Assembly: GCA_946625225.1 (NCBI GenBank)
Contig: CAMOTA010000003.1
Span: forward strand, 205 to 64,204
Direction of reading: 5' to 3'
DNA: 64,000 nucleotides
Source of the DNA: an uncultured Eggerthellaceae bacterium
GTDB taxonomy: Bacteria > Actinomycetota > Coriobacteriia > Coriobacteriales > Eggerthellaceae
Shown: positions 25,717 through 36,400 of the stretch, one piece after another
How positions within the stretch are numbered: position 1 is the first letter of the stretch
Layout of the letters: each line of letters starts with the position of its first letter
Notes under the pieces: model-generated
The model's database searches: none
Seen by the model: only the letters and a program-made list of their open reading frames with translations
Told to the model about the DNA's origin: nothing
Made by a program: the position numbers and the translations under genes

Positions 25717-25878
25717 GAAGCGCGCTCCTTGCAGTCGTTCGTTTGCTAGCTGCTATTGTACTCGTTATTACTGGTAAACCACCACAGACTGCACGAATCG
25801 GGCGGCTTGTCGCTTCCGTGGAAATTACGGAGTTCACACACCCCTCGCACTCGACCGCCCGAACGGCGCAGAGTGAAC

Positions 25879-25937
25879 TGTGACAATACCCCGTAGGCTT
25901 TGTAACAATGTTACAAAGCCTACGGGGTATTGTTACA
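25879..25937. promoter_or_regulatory. 59-bp near-perfect palindrome between the 857-aa pilin-like gene and pilB
   Basis: TGTGACAATACCCCGTAGGCTTTGTAACA A TGTTACAAAGCCTACGGGGTATTGTTACA. The arms are 29 bp with one G:T position. The element is AT-richer than its surroundings, has no U-tract on the minus strand, and begins 13 nt after the stop at 25950. Confidence 0.8.
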
Positions 25938-25949
25938 TTCCGAGGGCGC

Positions 25950-28523
25950 TTAGCCCGCGATGTTGACGACTTCGGTTTCCGCCTTGGGCCAGTCGCCGAA
26001 ATGGGTGCTGAGGTGCACGGGCATGCTGGCGACCTGGTCGGCCGGCGTTTCCAGAAGGTCGACGATCGTCGGCAATGGGTACTTGCCCGCATAGGCGAAG
26101 ACAAGCGTTGCATCGTACGGCACAGCGTAGCGTTCGCCGGCTGCGAGCGTCTGGTACGTTTCGATGTCGGGGAACATGCTGGTCACGTTAGCGTCGGTCT
26201 CGGCCTCGGCGTTGCCGATGACCTTCTTGCCGTAGTTCGTGGTTTCCAGATAGCGATTGACAGGCCCCGTGGCAGATACGAGCGACGTGCCATCGAGGAA
26301 TCCGACGAACGCGCCGAGCAACGAATCGCCCGCAGTTCCGTATACCGTGCCCACGGCATAGCTGCCCGTAATGCTTCCACCCGCCGATGCGCCCACCAAA
26401 CCGCCGGCCACAGCGCCCCTCGCAGACCCCGTTGCATAGCTGGCCTGGATGCTCGCTTCCGAAGCCGCGCCCACCAGGCCGCCGGCATTCCCGGAAGCGT
26501 CCACGTTGTAATGCCCGGCCTCCTTGTCGGCCGTTTCCCTGAAGGCGCGCTCGTACGTATGGGCGCCGGCATAGCTGCCGCCAACAGAAGCCGCATTGTC
26601 GGCCACGCCGACCAGCCCGCCCGCAGATGCGCCCGTCGACCGCACGTACAGCGAAGCCGCGCAGTTCTCCATGCTGGCTGCATGCAGCTCGCCCACCAAA
26701 CCGCCGGCATTGCCCGATGCGACAACTTCGTATTCCCGGTCGTCGTCCGCGGCGTTGTATGCCAGCACGCCCGAAGCACGCGATGCGCCGGACATGCTGG
26801 CCGCCAGCGCGCCCGCATTGCCATTAGGCGTGGACACCCGGAAATTCAGCAGCGTAAGGTCGCTTGCAACGTCGTCGTCCAAAGCGCCGAACAAGCCTGC
26901 ATCGCCGCTGGAAGACATCTTCACGACCACGTCGGAAATGCGATGCGAACCGCCGTTATAGGTCAGGCTGTACGTGGACGGCGAAACGGGCATGAACGAG
27001 CCCTCGTCGACGACGTAGTCCTCGCCCGCGGCGCACACGCGCACCTGCTCGGCCGATTCGGCAACCGCCTGCGCAAGCAGCGAATCCGCCGATTGCGTGC
27101 CAAGCGAAAGGGATGCGCTGGCGAACAGCTCCTTGGGTTCGAGCACGACGTTGTCCCTGAACGTGCTCCACGACAAATCGACCGTCTGATCGAAGGCCTT
27201 GGGCACGGCCGTGCTCTTGTCGGCCCATTCCTGGGCATCGGGGTCGTAGCCCGAGATGTCGGTGTCCATGTTGGCGAAGTGCCGCAAGCTGGCCACGGTG
27301 GCCTTGTCGTACGCCACGCCTTCCGCCTGGTCGTCTGAGCTTGCGGGTTGCGATTGCATCAGTTGCCCGAACAGGCTGTTGCAATGGCCCTTCGCGCTGC
27401 GCGCGACATTCGTCAGGCGCGTCGTGCTGAAGGCAACGGCCTGAAGCGTAAGGTTTTCGCCTGGAATGAAGCCGTCGAACAGCTCGCTGAAGTGGCCGCC
27501 CTTCCAGGTTACGTCATCCAGATACACATAGAACACCTGGTCACCCGATTCTTCGCCGCCCTGAATGTAGTCCACTTGCGTGGCAGTCAGGTAATCGCCC
27601 TTGTTGATAAGCGTGAAATCCTTTTCCGCACCGCTCGTATCGCCCGAGACGAGAAGCTTCATCGTGGGCTCCTCATCCCTCAGGAACGAAGAGCTCGTGT
27701 CGGGCAGGACAATCTTCGCCACCAGGCAATCGCCGTTCAAGATTTCCAGCCTGGGCTGGTTCAACGACTCGCCCTTCAGCGATTCGCGGTCTTCGCCGCC
27801 GTAATAGCCCACCATGACCGTGACGCCGCTCGCGCTGGCATAATCCTGGCGTGCGGACTTCTGGGCCTGGCCGGTCATACCCGGGAACAGCTGCGCATAG
27901 TCGTCGTCCTGGAACTCGAAGCCGTCTGCCCGGTTGAACGGGAAGCCGCCGAGCGCCGTGTTGGCGTAGAACACGCCAAGCACTGTGGCGCTTTCCCTGT
28001 CGTACTGAATGACGTAGGTGCCGCCCATCCGAACCGTCTCGTCGATTGATCCGAACGGCAGCATCTGGTACAGCACGCTGGTCTTGGAATCGTTCGTTGC
28101 GGAATTCAGGTAGCGCTTGCTGGCGCTGTTCACAACGTAGTAGTACACATCGTCCGAGTTGTTCGTTTCCTCGTCGTTCGATTTGGTCGCGCGGCTGTCA
28201 TGCGATCCGAACTCGGTCTTGGAATCGATGAGCCCCTGCGATTCGGCGGTCGCCAGATGGTTTTGCGCGGCTATGAATATCTCCTTGGCCGTGCCGTCCA
28301 GTTCCAGCTGTTGCATGTCCTTTTGGATGCGCGATACCGACACGAAGACGATTGCCATCATGATGCCAAGAATGGCAATGACCGTTATCAGCTCCATCAT
28401 CGTGAAGCCGCGACGACTGCGCCCTTCGCGCCCGACAGCAGCGGCGGCAGCACCCGCGCCTGCCCCGACCCGGAATGGAACGCGCTGCGATGCGCGCATG
28501 CGCTCGTGCTTCATTCCGTTCAT
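25950..28523 (-). CDS. Large pilin-like protein (857 aa) with prepilin N-terminus and GLUG-motif-rich C-terminal module
   Basis: The start ATG at 28523 has a GGAGGAGAGAG RBS and an ATGA overlap with the upstream stop. The 1068-aa track ORF is an in-frame upstream extension across two genes. The class III signal is 'GREGRSRRG|FTMMELITVIAILGIMMAIVFVSV' (Phe+1, Glu+5). The C-terminal half has repeated 'GNAGGLVG / SAGGLVG / VAGGLVG' motifs. Confidence 0.85.
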   Translation of the reverse strand: MNGMKHERMRASQRVPFRVGAGAGAAAAAVGREGRSRRGFTMMELITVIAILGIMMAIVFVSVSRIQKDMQQLELDGTAKEIFIAAQNHLATAESQGLIDSKTEFGSHDSRATKSNDEETNNSDDVYYYVVNSASKRYLNSATNDSKTSVLYQMLPFGSIDETVRMGGTYVIQYDRESATVLGVFYANTALGGFPFNRADGFEFQDDDYAQLFPGMTGQAQKSARQDYASASGVTVMVGYYGGEDRESLKGESLNQPRLEILNGDCLVAKIVLPDTSSSFLRDEEPTMKLLVSGDTSGAEKDFTLINKGDYLTATQVDYIQGGEESGDQVFYVYLDDVTWKGGHFSELFDGFIPGENLTLQAVAFSTTRLTNVARSAKGHCNSLFGQLMQSQPASSDDQAEGVAYDKATVASLRHFANMDTDISGYDPDAQEWADKSTAVPKAFDQTVDLSWSTFRDNVVLEPKELFASASLSLGTQSADSLLAQAVAESAEQVRVCAAGEDYVVDEGSFMPVSPSTYSLTYNGGSHRISDVVVKMSSSGDAGLFGALDDDVASDLTLLNFRVSTPNGNAGALAASMSGASRASGVLAYNAADDDREYEVVASGNAGGLVGELHAASMENCAASLYVRSTGASAGGLVGVADNAASVGGSYAGAHTYERAFRETADKEAGHYNVDASGNAGGLVGAASEASIQASYATGSARGAVAGGLVGASAGGSITGSYAVGTVYGTAGDSLLGAFVGFLDGTSLVSATGPVNRYLETTNYGKKVIGNAEAETDANVTSMFPDIETYQTLAAGERYAVPYDATLVFAYAGKYPLPTIVDLLETPADQVASMPVHLSTHFGDWPKAETEVVNIAG

Positions 28524-29116
28524 GCTCTCTCCTCCAACATGACCGCCTTCACCTCGTACACGCCGCCGACCTCGTCGGGGATGCTGGCCAAGGATGCATC
28601 GCCCGGGCCGATCACCTGCAACCCACGGATGCGGAACAGGTCGTTTGCAGAATCGTATTCGAGCTCGCCCTCGAACGACAGGCCGAGCGAATCCGTAATG
28701 GCGGCTGCAGTTATCAAATCCGCTTCGCCATCCATCGCGGTCGTATCGGGCCCGCTCCCGCCCTCCGCGCTTTTGTACACTTGCTTCACGATCCTGGCAT
28801 CGGTCGTGCCTGCGTCCTTCGTTTCGAGCCGGCACCACTGGCCCAGGGCGTCTTCGTAATAGCGCTGATCCCCGACTTCCATCGTGCCAGTCGCCAGGCT
28901 CAGCTCGTCGCGCAATGTCGTGGTGGCCGTTGAAAGCAGGGTCTGCGCGTTCGAGCCATCGACGGCGCGCGTATACGTTCGCGTTGCCACGGGAATGCCC
29001 ATGGCAACCATCCCCGTAAGGATGACGAACAGCGCCAGGGCAAGCAGCATTTCGGTAAGCGAGAAGCCGCGCTGGGAATCGAGAGCTGGGCGAATGGGGT
29101 TCGTCATATCCACCAC
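28520..29116 (-). CDS. Minor pilin / pseudopilin (prepilin-type N-terminus)
   Basis: 198 aa with a GTG start. 'NPIRPALDSQRG|FSLTEMLLALALFVILTGMVAMGI' (Phe+1, Glu+5). Confidence 0.85.
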   Translation of the reverse strand: MVDMTNPIRPALDSQRGFSLTEMLLALALFVILTGMVAMGIPVATRTYTRAVDGSNAQTLLSTATTTLRDELSLATGTMEVGDQRYYEDALGQWCRLETKDAGTTDARIVKQVYKSAEGGSGPDTTAMDGEADLITAAAITDSLGLSFEGELEYDSANDLFRIRGLQVIGPGDASLASIPDEVGGVYEVKAVMLEERA

Positions 29117-29118
29117 CC

Positions 29119-29463
29119 CTATTCTTCCAGCTCGTAGGACACGATGGGGGTCCCATCGGCCTGGTCGTTCACGGCGTAGCCCACATCGTGCGTTTCGCTG
29201 AAGTCAGAGCCGCTTATCGTCACCGTGCCCGTTGCACCCGAAGCGGCCGCAACTTCGGCAATGCTGTTGTTGGCCACGTAGTAGCGATCCATAGCCTCGC
29301 GGCTGCGAGTGTTCATGTTCACCGCCGACGAAATGGCCGTGGCCAGCAACAGGATAGCAAGACCGCCTATGACGATGGCCGCAAGCACTTCGGTTATCGT
29401 CTCGCCGCGCGTGCCGCGTGTGCCGCTCATCAGGGCCCTGGCTCTTTCAAGCATGCGCGCCAT
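29119..29463 (-). CDS. Small minor pilin-like protein
   Basis: 114 aa. 'MSGTRGTRG|ETITEVLAAIVIGGLAILLLATAI' (Glu at +5, unusual Glu at +1). Its start shares one nucleotide with the upstream stop (TAATG). Confidence 0.7.
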   Translation of the reverse strand: MARMLERARALMSGTRGTRGETITEVLAAIVIGGLAILLLATAISSAVNMNTRSREAMDRYYVANNSIAEVAAASGATGTVTISGSDFSETHDVGYAVNDQADGTPIVSYELEE

Positions 29464-30374
29464 TACGCATCACTTCCCGTCTTGAACAGCTTCGTGGGAG
29501 CCCACGTAATGGTCGTTTCGCGCGTGGTCGTTACCTTCGACGTTTCCGTGCGCGTGTAGGAGCCACCGGCGCCGGCAGTCGTGACCGGCGCGCCCCGATC
29601 CTCGTGGATTGACTCGACCGTGTCGATGGCCGCATCGCATTCCAGCGTAAGCGAATAGTGGTCCTCTGTACGGGAATCCGGCTGCGATTGCAGCCAGAAG
29701 CTCAGGCCACCGTCGGCCAGGAGGTATTCGGAAACATCGACCTTCAAGGCATCTTCGTCCACGCCGGCAAGCACCGACGAATGGGCAATCTCGAACGTGC
29801 CCGCATTCGTTTTGGAAGTAGCACGGGGCAAGGAAGCCCCCCACAGGTCGTCGAAGCTGGCCGAGCTCTCATTCTTGCCCATCATGCAGTACAACGCCGA
29901 CACCTCGGGCAACGACAGGCCCTCGTCGCCGATGGAGACGGCGCCCGAGGCCAAGGCAAGCGAATGCGTGACGCCATCGCATGCCATGCGTATCTGCCTG
30001 TCGGTAATCGTTTCGGAAGGGGTCCCCGAAACGGTCGTGCCATCCGCGCGATACGTGGTCGTCGTCGTCACGTTCTTTTCCTGCACAAGCGTTACGGTCA
30101 CGGGCTTGCCATCGAAATCTTCGCGCAGCAGCTGCGCCGCAGACACCACGCTGTAATAGCGCTGATCCGTTTCGGCCAGCTGGCTATGGCGTCCCGACAT
30201 CGCGGTACTGGCCGCCAGCACGACCGACGACAGCAGGGCGCAGATCAGGAAGAGCAACAGGGCAAGCGGCAATGCAGCGCCCTGCTGCGCCCGACGGCTG
30301 TGGAATATGTTCTTTCTCGCATTCAACTTGGCTCTATTCCCTCGCGTCCTCTTCCTCGTTTGCACCAACCGCAC
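29463..30374 (-). CDS. PilX-N-like minor pilin / pilus-associated protein
   Basis: 303 aa. A basic leader is followed by 'RRAQQG|AALPLALLLFLICALLSSVVLAAS', which resembles the PilX N-terminal domain (no Glu+5). Confidence 0.6.
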   Translation of the reverse strand: MRLVQTRKRTRGNRAKLNARKNIFHSRRAQQGAALPLALLLFLICALLSSVVLAASTAMSGRHSQLAETDQRYYSVVSAAQLLREDFDGKPVTVTLVQEKNVTTTTTYRADGTTVSGTPSETITDRQIRMACDGVTHSLALASGAVSIGDEGLSLPEVSALYCMMGKNESSASFDDLWGASLPRATSKTNAGTFEIAHSSVLAGVDEDALKVDVSEYLLADGGLSFWLQSQPDSRTEDHYSLTLECDAAIDTVESIHEDRGAPVTTAGAGGSYTRTETSKVTTTRETTITWAPTKLFKTGSDA

Positions 30375-30424
30375 ATAAGGGGAGCACCCCCCAACTCTGG
30401 ATAAGAGCCGGGGTGCGCTTTGCC

Positions 30425-33400
30425 TTATTCAGGTGCCGTTGTTTCAGGATTCAGGGTATTGATAGTGTTCGAATCGTCCGTCATATATCCCACACCGCTT
30501 TCGCTGACTGTAAGCGTGAACCAGTTACCATCGTCGCCCGACGATACCTGCCGATACCCGGAAGGTATCGTTGTCTCACGCAGATAATACGTTCCATAGG
30601 GCAGCATGCCGATGAAATATACACCGCTGGCGCCGCTGGTGAAGGACGTTGTCGTAGCGCCGCTGATGTCCGTGCCGGACACCAGCGTATGGTCGTGGCG
30701 CAGGATTTCGAACACCGCACCCTCGAGAGGAGCAGAGGCATCGCCCACCTTCTTCAGGATGGCCTTCCTCTCTACGGTGCTGATGTTCATGATGCCGTAC
30801 TTGGCAATGTCGGGCGTGGCAACAGCCTTGCCGGTTGATGGGTCGATCAGGAAGACAGCCGCGTCCTTCTTATCGCCGCCCGTTCCCGTCTGCGCGGCAA
30901 CCTGTTCCTGCGTAATGCCCTCGAGCACGCCGCTTCCTGCTCCCTGCAATGCGGCATCGCCCACAAGAACAATGTACACGTTGCTGACAGGATTGCCGGA
31001 CTCGTCCTTCGTCAGGGCGTTGACATAACCATCCGGCGTGTCCGTCTCCTTCATGTAATAGACTCCGGCAGGTATCTGCTCGAAAAGAACGATGCCCTCA
31101 TCCAGCGATGCGCCGGTTCTGTCCTTATATGTCGCCGTGCCGTCCGCAGATACAGCAGCCGCGTCCTCGCCTCCCTGCTTAAGAGCCGCGGTGCAGGCCG
31201 AATCTGCGTAGAGCGTAAAGGTCGCGCCAGGCATCGCCGTTCCAAAGCCGTCGACTTTCTTGAAGCTCACATCGAATCCGCCGGCCCAGTAGATAAACGA
31301 GGCGTTTTCCCCGGAGCTGCCGGATAGGTAATTGTCTTCTCCGCAGTTTGTCAGGCTGTCCGGCCGCGCATTCCGGAACGCAGCATATGTGGCGCCATTA
31401 ACAGCGCCACTTGCGATGGTGGCAAAGGGCTTCATCATTGCATAATGGTTTTCCGTTTCAGCCCAGACCCAGATCGACCCAGCGTCAACACTCAGATTTC
31501 CCGTCAGGACAACGGATGCCGGTGCGTCCTGCGACTCGGCAATGTAGATGTCCTGGCGCGCCTTCGAATAGGCCTTCCCACCATTTTTCTGCGCAACGAG
31601 ATCGCCGCTCTTGAAGTTGCCGTTTGTCGTGGTGATGTTTCCGCTGACATCGCGTCCCGTTCCGCCGAAGCTGGGGTTGCCAGAGAGATTGAGCGTGCTG
31701 CCCTCTGCCAGATAGACGCCCGCTCCATCGCCGTCGGACTCATTGCGGTTAATCGTGCCGCCGGTTATGGTGGCTAAACCACCCTCCTCCAGGTAGATGC
31801 CCGCACCATTGCCATCCGATTCATTCCGGGCAACGACACCGCCGGTCATGGTGACCGTGCCGCCATTGGCGACATGCACCGCGCCGCCATTATGGCTCTC
31901 GCCGATTTTGGAGTTTTGCAACGTTGCGCCGTCCTGGATGGTCAGCTTGCCGCCGCTCGGGACGTTGGCAATACCGCCGCTTGCGCTGACCGTATACGAA
32001 CCCTTCGCACCGTCGAGGATGATCGACGCAAACGTCAGGTCGCCGGTCACGTTGAACATGGAACCGTCCGCAAAGGCGCGGCGTATGGTAGACGTTGTTC
32101 CAGCGTCCTGCTTGGGGAAGAGCGCATCGCCGGCGGAGGCCGTGGTCAGCGTGACCTTGCTTTCGCTAGCTTCAACAGCCTCTTCCAGGCTGTAGTCTCC
32201 GATCAGCATTTGAATCTGCACGCCGTTGCTGACAGCATAACTTGAAGGATTGCTGCCATTCGATGTGTACAATGTCCCTTCCAGCGCATTAAATGCCCCG
32301 TTGTCGCCTATCAGTTCCGTATAGACTGCAGGCGCGTAGTAATTCGGCTGGCGAGTGCTGCTACCGCCATCCGGTCCCTCGCCTTCCTTGTTTGTTGCCT
32401 TGTTCCAGTCGTACTTGCGATACAGAAGATTCCCGCTCATGTCCGTGATCTTGCAGACTGGCATAAGGTTCGTAAACGTCAGCGACGAGGTGTACGGGTC
32501 CACGTCCGTCCGGCTCTTGTTTTCGCCAATGGTGCTGGTATAGGTATTCGCCTTGACGACGGTGTACTCAACGCCATCGAAGGTCAGCTTTTCAGTTGCC
32601 GAGCTATAGCCGTTCATCGGCATCGCCGCATACCGCTTGGCCTGGTCGACAGTCAAGTACTCGATTACCTCGTACGTCAGCCCCTCCGACAGGTTGACGC
32701 CGCTGATGGACTCCCCAGCCTTCAGCGAAAAGACGGCTGTGGTGGTCTCCGACCCGTTGCTGTCGAAATGCATCTCGCCGTATTCGCCATCGTCGCTGTC
32801 GATCTGCGCTGCATTCAACTGTCCTGCAACCGTTGCATCCCCTCGTATATTCACCTTGAACAGGAACGCTTCATTTCCATCTGCCGATGTTGAATTACCG
32901 GACACAACCTCCTTCCTCACTTCAAGGGAGAAGATCTGAATCCAGTAAATCGTATTGGGGTCCGGATTCTCGATAATGCCGCCCTTCAGCCCGTTTCGGT
33001 CGTTGACGAAGCTGTAGAAGGTGGAAGTGTTGTCATTCGTGGCGAAAGTGCCGAAGTTGTCTCTTTCTCCGCCATAGTCCTTGTACGGATTCGTATCCTC
33101 GTCCCCGGGTACATATACGCCGATATACGACCCTGCATACAAGCCGCCGTTGTTGGTGTTGATGACTGCTTTGGAGCTCTGATCCAGCTCCACGTTGCAG
33201 GCAACAGATTGCCCATCTTTTGTTGCCGTGTTGCCAGAGATATTTACCTTGCCGGAGAAGTAGAGGCGGGAATTCGCACCCTCGATGGCGATACCGCCGC
33301 CGCGTGTGGTGGCGCTGTTGTTGATGATGGAACCGCCGGTCATGGTGAACGGAATGCCCTTGTTGTTCACCACGTACACGCCGCCGCCTTGGGCTGCTGT

Positions 33401-36400
33401 GCAACCGCTGATGGTGCCGCCCGCCATGGTAAAGCCGCCGGAATTGTTTGTGCCAGGGTTATAGACCGCACCGCCTTTGCCGCTCGCCGTGCATTGATAG
33501 ATGCTTCCGGCTGTGAAGGTCAGCGGCTTTGCGCTTTTATTGTATATTGCCCCACCGTCTTTACCACTGCAGTTGCGAATCACACCACCTTGAATACTGA
33601 AGGTGCCTTTTGCGATGTTCACTCCACCGCCATCGCCAGTCGTATTACCGTTTTGCAGCATGGCGTTCTCGCCCAGAATTACGGTGCAATTGTCGTGCTC
33701 AACCCACATGCAGCGCGTGCTACCATTGGGCGTGATTCCATTTTCTGCACCACCGTCGATGACGATGCCCTCCAGAATCAGGTTGCCTTTGGCGTTGAGC
33801 AGGGTTCTTCCGCTGTCAACATCAGAACCGCGGGTCACCGTTGCACGGGTACCGGCGCCTACATAGGGATAACCATCGGTATCGCCCTTGCCCGCCGTGG
33901 TGAATGTAATTGTCCTGCTTTCCACATACACGACATTCATATCTGCAGGAGTCACATAATTTTCGAGCATCTTTATAGCATAGCTATCGCCTACATACAG
34001 CACCCCATCCGCCGTGTACAGTTCAGGCGTATTTGTTGTGCATAACATATTGAACGCTGCAGCGGAGCTATAGCCGTTAAAAACGTTATTGACTTTACCG
34101 GTTCCGAGCCGGTCGAAAATCGCCGGTGACGACCCCTTGGTCGTGCCATCTTCCAGTGTTTGCGTTTTAAGATAGAGCAAATTGCCATTGCCATCGGTAA
34201 TCTTGGCAATCGGCGGGCCAGCCCAGATGATCTTTGTTCCGCTCTCGTCCGTGCGGTCGATGATGCCGTGAAGGGTGCTCGCATCGGCTTTAAACACCGC
34301 GAAATCGTCTGCAAAACCGTGTGGGCTGGCAAATTGCGAGGTGCCGAATTGCGTACCGACCTTGTTTGCGTTTACAACGCGAATTTCGCTTTCGTTGCTC
34401 AGATTGCAGTAGACGTAGACACTGGCCGCATTGTTTTGCGTTCCGTTATCCCACAGCCTCAAATCGGAGAGCGTGCTGTTAGCCGTGGTATTGCCGCGGA
34501 CGATGACAGTATCGGTGAAGCCCTCTTCTGCATCCGAAGGACCGACGAACAGTGTGCGGTTGTTGTTCAGATACACGCCTGCACAGTCCGCAGCCGTATT
34601 CGTGGTCAGACGGTTGCCGGTGATTTCTGTTCCGTTGCGCAAAGTGAGCTGGGATCGGGTGAAGACGCCGCCTCCGCGATAATTGGAGGTGTTGCCAGTG
34701 ACCTTGGAACTATCGATTATCAATGCGTAATCAGCGCCATCCCAAGGCGCGTTGATTCCGCCGCCGTTCCTTACAGCCCTATTGTTGCTGATGGTGGAGT
34801 CGGTTACGGTTAGCGTCTGGACATACGCAAAGATACCGCCGCCACCTCTCGGAGGATTGTTGTCGGTGCTGGCATCGTTTGAGACACAGCCGCTGATGGT
34901 TGAGCCTGTAACCGTCAGCGCAGAGCTTGCAGCATTTCTATTCTGATAGATGCCGCCGCCACTCCATTTCGCCGTACAGTTGGAAATCGTTGTTGGAACG
35001 GCATCATCTCCCGAACCGCTTGCTTGAATCGCAACCGTTTTGGCGCGGGTGTAAATGCCGCCGCCGTTAGCGTCGGAGGTATTGTTATCCAATGTCGAGC
35101 CCGTAACGGTCAGGTTCATGGCGTTGCGCGCATTATCGCTATTAATCTCGAACAGGATACCGCCGCCGTTGCTCTTTGCGGTGTTGTTAGATACGGTCGA
35201 ATCCGTGACCGTCAGCGTCCTGACCCCAGCAAAAATACCGCCGCCGCCTTGATCCGTTCCCGTGTTTGTGTTGTTCGCTGTATTGCCCTTGATATCTGCA
35301 TTGGCAATGACCAGGCTGGAGCCGTCCACATTCCTCCTCTGATACACGCCGCCGCCGTTGGTCTTTGCCGTATTGTCCGAAATGGAGGATCGCGCCATGT
35401 TGCCGCTACTGTCCGCCTTCGTCTCGCTGGCTCCAACGGTGACCGTCTTGGCTAGCGTATAGACTCCGCCGCCGGCACCGCCCGAGGTGTTGCCGTCGAT
35501 GGTGCTGCCTTTGACCGTCAAAACCTGTATGTTGCGGTTGGCTTCATTGTTTGCGTCGAACCACACGCCGCCGCCCGCACCGGATGCGATGTTTCTCGAA
35601 ATGTCGGAATCTGCAATATCGAGTGACGTATAGCTGTAAGCATACACGCCGCCGCCAGCATTGGTGCACGTGTTGTCGGTAATCGTGGACCCGTCAATTG
35701 CTGCCGTGCGCGCGTTCGTCCAGACACCACCGCCGCTTTTGCTGCTATTCTTCGTCTGGTTGGCGCTGATGGTGGCATTGGTAATGGCTATGGAACTTCC
35801 ATCGACATCTCTGCCGTGGTACACGCCGCCGCCCTCATTGCTAGAGGTGCAGTTGCTGATTGTGGTGTGGACGGTTTGCTCCCTGCCTTCATCATCGGTG
35901 TAGGTATAATCGCCGATGATGAGCTCCTTGGCATTCGATCCGACACCGCCGCCCTGTCCGGTCGCCGTGCATCTGTCGAAGGTGCAGCCATAGACTTCAC
36001 CTCTCAGCGCGTTGGTATTGGACATGGCAATGCCGCCGCCGAAGTTGCCGGAAGTGTTGGTAAAGGTGCAGTTGTTTACCGTGGTGTAGACAGCCGTGCT
36101 TCGGAAACCGCCCCCGTTCTGCGCGTATGCCTGACAGTCGTTGAAGCTGCAATTTGTCAGGGTGATTGTGCAGTTCGTGCCTGTGCCGGGGTTTGCGTTG
36201 TTTGTCATGAAGGCGTTGAACCCGCCGCCATTGCGCTCTGTGGCAACACAGTGCTCGAATGTGCAATCGGAAACGTCGATGTACTTGGAGTCAAGCTCCA
36301 TGCCGCCAGCCGCCTTAGCTGAGCAGTTGGTGAAGCTGCAGCCGGAAATCGTCGTCCAGGAATTATAGTTTCCATCGATACGGTGGAACAACGCACCCGC

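Noticed and set aside
28524-29156. Upstream in-frame extension of the 857-aa gene (the track lists a 1068-aa ORF 25950..29156)
   Set aside because: The extension overlaps the 198-aa and 114-aa pilin-like genes in another frame and is Arg/Gly-rich. A strong GGAGG RBS and an ATGA stop/start overlap mark the internal ATG at 28523, which also places the prepilin signal at the N-terminus. Similar upstream extensions were trimmed for 2766..4595, 4729..6840, 11628..12422, 13391..14782, 18589..19215, 19846..21669 and 56963..57715.
30425-30550. Sortase (LPXTG) sorting signal at the C-terminus of the giant adhesin
   Set aside because: The protein ends '...GYMTDDSNTINTLNPETTAPE'. It has no LPXTG-like motif, no hydrophobic segment and no basic tail.
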